Source: the human T2T-CHM13v2.0 reference genome, Homo sapiens
Strand: one strand, 5' to 3'
Assembly: GCF_009914755.1 (NCBI RefSeq)
Contig: NC_060936.1
DNA length: 64,000 nt
A program made the translations under genes and the position numbers. The notes beneath the pieces were generated by a model. That model saw nothing but the letters and a program-made list of their open reading frames with translations, ran no database searches and was not told where the DNA came from. This document shows positions 55,070-64,000 of this stretch, one piece after another. Within the stretch, counting starts at the first letter, position 1; each line of letters starts with the position of its first letter.

Positions 55070-56732
55070 TATTTAATATTATCGAAGGCTTTATTAATGC
55101 CTTAAAAAACACAAAAAGTTCTGAACACACATTTATTATCTGGAGGAATAAATGCACTCCAAATGCTTATCATCAGAACTCTGGAAAAAGACATATAAAT
55201 TCTCTCCAGTATTTTAAAAATTGGTATCTAAATAATTTCATTTTGAACTAGGTTAGCAACCTAAGTTGTCTTCATTCAGCTTTTAAAATTGAAAAAAAAT
55301 TGTTTCAAATATAATAAAGACTTAAGTACACATTCAAAATTTATTTTCTGTTACAGTTTTCTTGCCAAAAGGAGTTGAAGAATTTTTTTGCTTATCTTAC
55401 TTAGGACAAATGTTGTCAGATTAAAAAAAAAAATAACAGAATAGTAGTTGTAAAGACTAACTCTATATGAATGGTTTTAATCATAGCGCAGTTAAAACAA
55501 CATTTAATGTAGATTCATTTCGCTGGATGATGTCACTATTTAAAATATCAGTATTTCTCATATCATTTCTGGATGGTCTTGACACATTCTTACATCTTCT
55601 TCAACATGACTTCTTCACTTTTCTTCTCTAGAGTTTTCTTGAGTTAAAATAATGGCTTGAAGAAGATCATATGAGATCTAGTGGCTCTGTGATATTTCTT
55701 AAATGGTGGGCAAGGCTGGGCTGGCTGATAATGTAACTCATTAACATGAGCCGTATTTTCAGTGCCCCAGGCTGGCCAGGCAGTCTGATAGAAGGCCTTA
55801 GTTCCTCTTGCAGATAAAGATAGAGTCCATTCTTTCACTAGTCCAGGGCAGTGGCCAAAAAAGTCCAGGAAAGGCATTACATAGAATGCCATCGTTTAGA
55901 AGAGATTTGGATTTAACGGCATTGTTATAGGTAAAGTATCTCCTGAGAAAAATCTCATTGACTCAGTGTTTGGGGGAACGTTAAATTTTATCATCACAGT
56001 TGCCTTTCTCTGTGGAAAAGATTTTATTTATTTATTTATTTTTTATTTTACTTTAAGTTCTGGGAGGAAAAGACTTCTTTAATTTGCTATGATCACTTCC
56101 TCTCAATTTCTTTTTCTTACAGTCATGCATACTCTGTAATCTAAATTTCTTAAGTTTATTTAAAAATCAGAGAAAAACAACCCAAGGGGATAAAAACAAG
56201 CACAAAGTAAAGAAAGAAACCAATAATTTTGCCATTATACTTTCTCCTGGATAACTGCAGATATTTCTTGTCATTTCCATTCTGTTTCAACACTGCAGAA
56301 CAATACACTGGAGGCCCAATGGCGAAGCAATGTGCACATGAGTGACAAAACATGGGAACCAGAAAAGGAATATAAATGTAAATCAAACTTTTAAAATCCC
56401 AGTAATGCAACAGCTTCTTTCCTTATTTATTGGATTAATGTCCCTTCCACATGAATTCACATTTTGATTCCAGGAAGCCATCTACCATAAGCCCTAATAA
56501 CAAAGACCACTATTTGTCGAGCCTGTGGCCGGTATCTACTGGTGGCAAACTTGCAAAGGTCTTCTGGAAGACTCATAAAATTATGTTCTATTTGTTTTCT
56601 GGATTCAGGGGACCACGGAAATAGAGAAGGATAGAAACAAGGCATGCTTTTGAGGTTTCTTGGGCTGGGTAGTAGAAAAATAGGTGTTTTCCTTTGGGGA
56701 TTTTTGCAGCCGAGAATACTTTGTCATTTTCC
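55070..56732 (-). other. PKP2: PKP2 3'UTR (distal end approximate)
   Basis: follows the stop; AATAAA on - at 55090-55095, 55132-55137, 55340-55345, 56155-56160, 56426-56431. Confidence 0.8.
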
Positions 56733-56885
<153 letters not shown>

Positions 56886-56952
56886 TCAAGTCAAGTGGGC
56901 CATTATTACCTGGCTCTGTTAACTATGACACATTCCTTGTTCATGTTCTTAC

Positions 56953-57040
56953 CTTCTTGTAGGCATGATGCAGTTCCGTGTGTGCCCACAGAGAATACAG
57001 AAGGACGGAAGCAGCTTTACTTGCTTTGTTGGAGGCATAG
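56953..57040 (-). CDS. PKP2: PKP2 penultimate exon, 88 nt, [29 protein letters not shown]
   Basis: ttttcag acceptor, gtaaga donor; last armadillo repeat. Confidence 0.98.
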
Positions 57041-57277
57041 CTGAAAAGAAAAGGACATTCTGAGATCAGGGAGAATGAGTGAGGCTTCTGGATGCTGCCT
57101 GTGGGTGTTCTGTAAGACCTCTTCGCTCCTCAACTGCTACTCCCCAGCAGCCATCCATGAAGTCAGGCCACTCGGTGACCAGACAATTAGGCAGCAAGCT
57201 CTGCAAGGCAGGGACCATATCTGTTTTTGTTTTCTTTTTAAACCACTAGCACAGTGCTAATAAATAAATAGTTTATA

Positions 57278-57623
<346 letters not shown>

Positions 57624-57873
57624 TTAGATATGTTATAAATCCTTGAATTATTTATAGAATATAATCTATATTTGTATACTTATAATGTATGTTTATAGAA
57701 TAAAAATGCATGAAACCATGACTGAAAAATACATACGATTTTGTGACATCATGAATGTAGGAGTAATTTTTCAAGTCAATAAAAGAAATTCTTGTGGCAG
57801 CCCTTGTTAAAGCAGTTTCAAAATCTCTTTACGTTTCCATATAGAGCAAATGGAAAACTTGTTCTTGCTATAA

Positions 57874-58205
<332 letters not shown>

Positions 58206-59655
58206 CATGTTCTGCTTTTAACTTTATCCTAAATGTCCCACCTCTGGCTTAGATCAGTGCCGCCTTAGATCTCTTTCTCTTCTATCACCTGATTAGCACA
58301 TGGCTGATTTTTTTTCTTAAACAAAGATTATTTTTCCCCCCATATCACAGGCATTTGTAAACATAAAACCAAAACCAGAGAGTGCAAAGATGTACGGAGA
58401 AGAGCATGGTGTGTTCCTTCAAGAGTGAAAAGTCTTTCTCCTCCATACTAGCCTGGCAGGGAGGAGCAGTCAAATCAGCACTTATTAGTAACCCCTGGAC
58501 TTTTCAGAATCACTTGGTAATAACTGAAGGGCAAATAAATCCATCAAAGTGATGGGTCTCTAATATTCAAAACTGTAAAAAGTTATTAAATTGCAAGGCT
58601 GTTATATTCATAATATTTGTTTATAAGTTGGTTGTTTGATACTTGGTACTCTTTTATTCAAAGATGTAATGTTATAAATGATAATTAGTTCCCAGGCTAG
58701 TCCACAAACGGTAGGTCAGATATATAACACTCTAGTAAGGAAAGAGCAGCAGACACCACTGGCAAGAAGCTCCTTGTTAACTTTTGTTTTTGAGACAGGG
58801 CATGTGAGGACTCACAAGTGGACACTCGGAAATAAACAAGTAACAGAGTAGCTCACCCCTTATCTTGCTAAGCTACCAGAAGTTTCCAAAAGTAATTGCA
58901 TATTGCCATGTGCAACAATTGTTATGTCTGAATACTCGAATAATGAGCATCATACTATCTTACGGTGATTTGCTTGGAAGTTTGGATGACTATTTGGAAG
59001 AAAAGTCATTTCTGTTTTGCAACAGTAATTCACTCTTTCCACAAAGACTGAGCAACTCTAATACTATCTGCCAGCCTCTGGGGATGGGTGAATATTCTTG
59101 GGGAACTGACACTCCAGCCAGTGCTCAGGGCTTGTTTTAATCTGACTCTAAATGCAGTCTTCCTTCCTTGTGTGCACTGCAGAGTGGGGCTGCAGAGCAG
59201 AAGGGGCCTAAATTGGGTGGGGCTGTAGTAGAGGTAACATGTACATCCCTGTACAGCCAAGCACACATTTCTTCAGTACAGGTGAAGTCATCTGCTTTGT
59301 AACTCATTAAAACTAGGCTATCATAGCCATTTCTTTTCTTGTTTGGTTATTTACAAAAGTAACATATCTATTTGTAATAAGTCAAACAATTCAGAATTGT
59401 ATAAAGAGAAAAAGATAATCTTCATGCCCCTTTCCAATCTCATCACTCTAAATTAACTAATAGTAAATAATTTGGTTATACAAGGTTTTTCATTCTCCTC
59501 CTTTTTTTTTTTAATAGGGAAAAGTTGAAAACAGGAACACAGATGTGGAATGACATGCATTGGACCTTCTATTATCAAAAGGGAATAAGATGCGGAAGAG
59601 ATAAGACAGAGAAAAAACTGTGAAAGCAAGACTTTCTCATCAGGCTACCCCCTGA

Positions 59656-59991
<336 letters not shown>

Positions 59992-60417
59992 CATCACTGC
60001 TTCTTCTAAACCACCTGGTGTGACATCCCCTCCTAAGATGGAAGTGAGGAAAAGGGCACTTGCCTATTCAGAGGACTCCTGCTTTGCCTACATTCTGCTG
60101 TTATTAAATCACAGCTGTGGCTTTGGGAAACTAATTCATTAGGCCAATACAATGCTGGAATGCACAACCAAGAGAAGTTCTGGAGTCTGACCCTCTGTTG
60201 ATACTTTAGAAGAGAAGGGACAAGCATGTGGTGTGGTGGATTCAGTTCTTTCCTTGGCTGATCACTGAGGGCTGACCAGATGATCTGGCCTGGCTTTACA
60301 TCCTGTTTGCTGCCATGTTGCACATGATGGTCATGACCGCACATTCTAACCGGATTATTTACACACAGGCTGGTGAGGGGAAAGGGAGGCAGCTGACGGG
60401 CAGAACTGAAGGACTTA

Positions 60418-61008
<591 letters not shown>

Positions 61009-61467
61009 AAGAACTTTCTTAAAAAGAAACACAGCTGGTTAACAACACATGGAAAGATGTAATTTCCCTAATAACAAATTTTTAAAAATATTTGAAAAGA
61101 GGATACTCTGTGCTCAGTATATTGAAAATCTTTTCAGAGTGTAATTTGGCAGAAATGTCAAGAACTTAAAACATTTTCATCTTCTTCAATTCGGTAATTC
61201 CATGTCTAGGAATACATCTTAAAAATATCACTTTGAAAATGAAAAAAGCTTTCTACAGAGATCTTTATGACAGTACTACATGTAACTGAAAAACTAAAAA
61301 GCCTGAATATCCTTATAATAGGACTATGATTAACTAAAACACACCTGCAAAGACTATTATTCATCACAAAACCTATCTATGAAGCATGTATAATAAAAAG
61401 AAAATAATTATGTTAATAGTGTATGTGAAAAATCAGTATATTTATATAAATAATACATAATATTATT

Positions 61468-62768
<1,301 letters not shown>

Positions 62769-62864
62769 TAACTTCTTGGTTATAAGTTTTGAGTTTGGCT
62801 TTTTTTTTTTGTACTAACAAGAAAGGTATTAAAAAAATAGACATGCCACTTTCACAATTAGGCT

Positions 62865-64000
62865 ATAGAAAATAAAAAAGATACATAGACCAATGGAATA
62901 GAATAGAAAACCCAGAAATAAAGCAAAATACTTACAGCCAACTGATCTTTGACAAAGCAAACAAAAACATTAAGTGGGGAAAGGCCACCCTATTCAACAT
63001 ATTCAACAAATGATGCTGGGATAATTGGCAAGCCACATGTAAAAGAATAAAGCTGGATCCTCATCTCTCACTTTATACAAAAATCAACTCAAGATGGATC
63101 AAAGATTAAATCTGAGACCTGAAACCATAAAAATTCTAGAAGATAACACTGGAAAAACTCTTCTAGACATTGGCTTAGGCAAAGAGTTCATGACCAAGAA
63201 CCCAAAAGCAAATGCAACAAAACCAAAAATAAGTAAATGGGATCCAATTAAACTAAAAAGCTTCTGCACAGCAAAATAAATAATCAGCAGAGTAAACAGA
63301 CACCCCACAGAGTGGGAGAAAATATTCACAAACTGCATTCGACAAAGGACTAATATCCAGAATCTACAAGGATCTCAAAAAAGCAAGAAAAAAGCCAAAT
63401 AATTCCATCAAAAAGTGGGCTAAGGACATGAATAGACAATTCTCAAAAGAAGATATACAAATGGCATAAGAAAAATTTTTTGATACGCCTCATACATATG
63501 AAAAAATGCTCAACATCACTAATTATCATGGAAATGCAAATTAAAAGCACAATGAGATACCACCTTACTCCTGCAAGAATGACCATAATTTAAAAATCAA
63601 AATTTAATAGATGTTGGCATGGATATGGTGAAAAGGGAACACTTCTACACTGCTGGTGGGAATGTAAACTAGTACAACCACTATGGAAAACAGTATAGAG
63701 ATTCCTTAAAGAACTAAAAGTAGAACTACCATTTGATCCAGCAATACCACTACTGGGTATCTACCCAAAGGAAAAGAAGTCATTATATGACAAAGACACT
63801 TGTACATGCATGTTTATAGCAGCACAATTCACAATTGCAAAATATGGAGCCAACCTAAATGCCCATCAACCAACGAGTGGATACAGGAAATGTGGTATAT
63901 ACACACCATGGAATACTACTCAGCCATTAAAAAGAAAGACATAATGGCCTTTGCGGCAAATTGGATGGAATTAGAGACCACTATTCTAAGTGAAATAACT
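62865..64000 (+). mobile_element. L1PB-like ORF2 3' region, degraded, antisense to PKP2
   Basis: [39 protein letters not shown]; tgctggtgggaatgtaaa (CWWECK) cysteine-rich motif. Confidence 0.93.

Overview
Human (or great-ape) genomic DNA from the DNM1L-YARS2-PKP2 locus (human 12p11.21, recognised from the encoded proteins). It contains: (1) the last 7 coding exons and 3'UTR of DNM1L/Drp1 on + (1384-~9840), including the 78-nt and 33-nt cassette exons of the variable domain and the S616/S637 phospho-sites; (2) the complete YARS2 gene on - (5 exons, 1434-nt CDS, 477 aa, CpG-island promoter near 20.2 kb), convergent with DNM1L; (3) about 35 kb of repeat-rich intergenic DNA (Alu, L1, MaLR/ERV1 LTRs, MIR/L2); (4) the last three exons and 3'UTR of PKP2 on - (~55070-60608). 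Most ORF-track entries are Alu/L1 artefacts. I found no convincing new gene or multi-gene system. The best second-look items are small: an L1-retroposed, polyadenylated LTR12 R-region fragment with a 16-bp TSD, an Alu with a fold-back templated 5' junction, a stop-free +1 frame across the last PKP2 exons, a micro-L1 adding poly(A) signals to the PKP2 3'UTR, a double-YY1 hairpin over the YARS2 start codon, and a young, possibly polymorphic AluY. Repeat subfamily names come from recalled consensus motifs, not from a search, and repeat boundaries are approximate.
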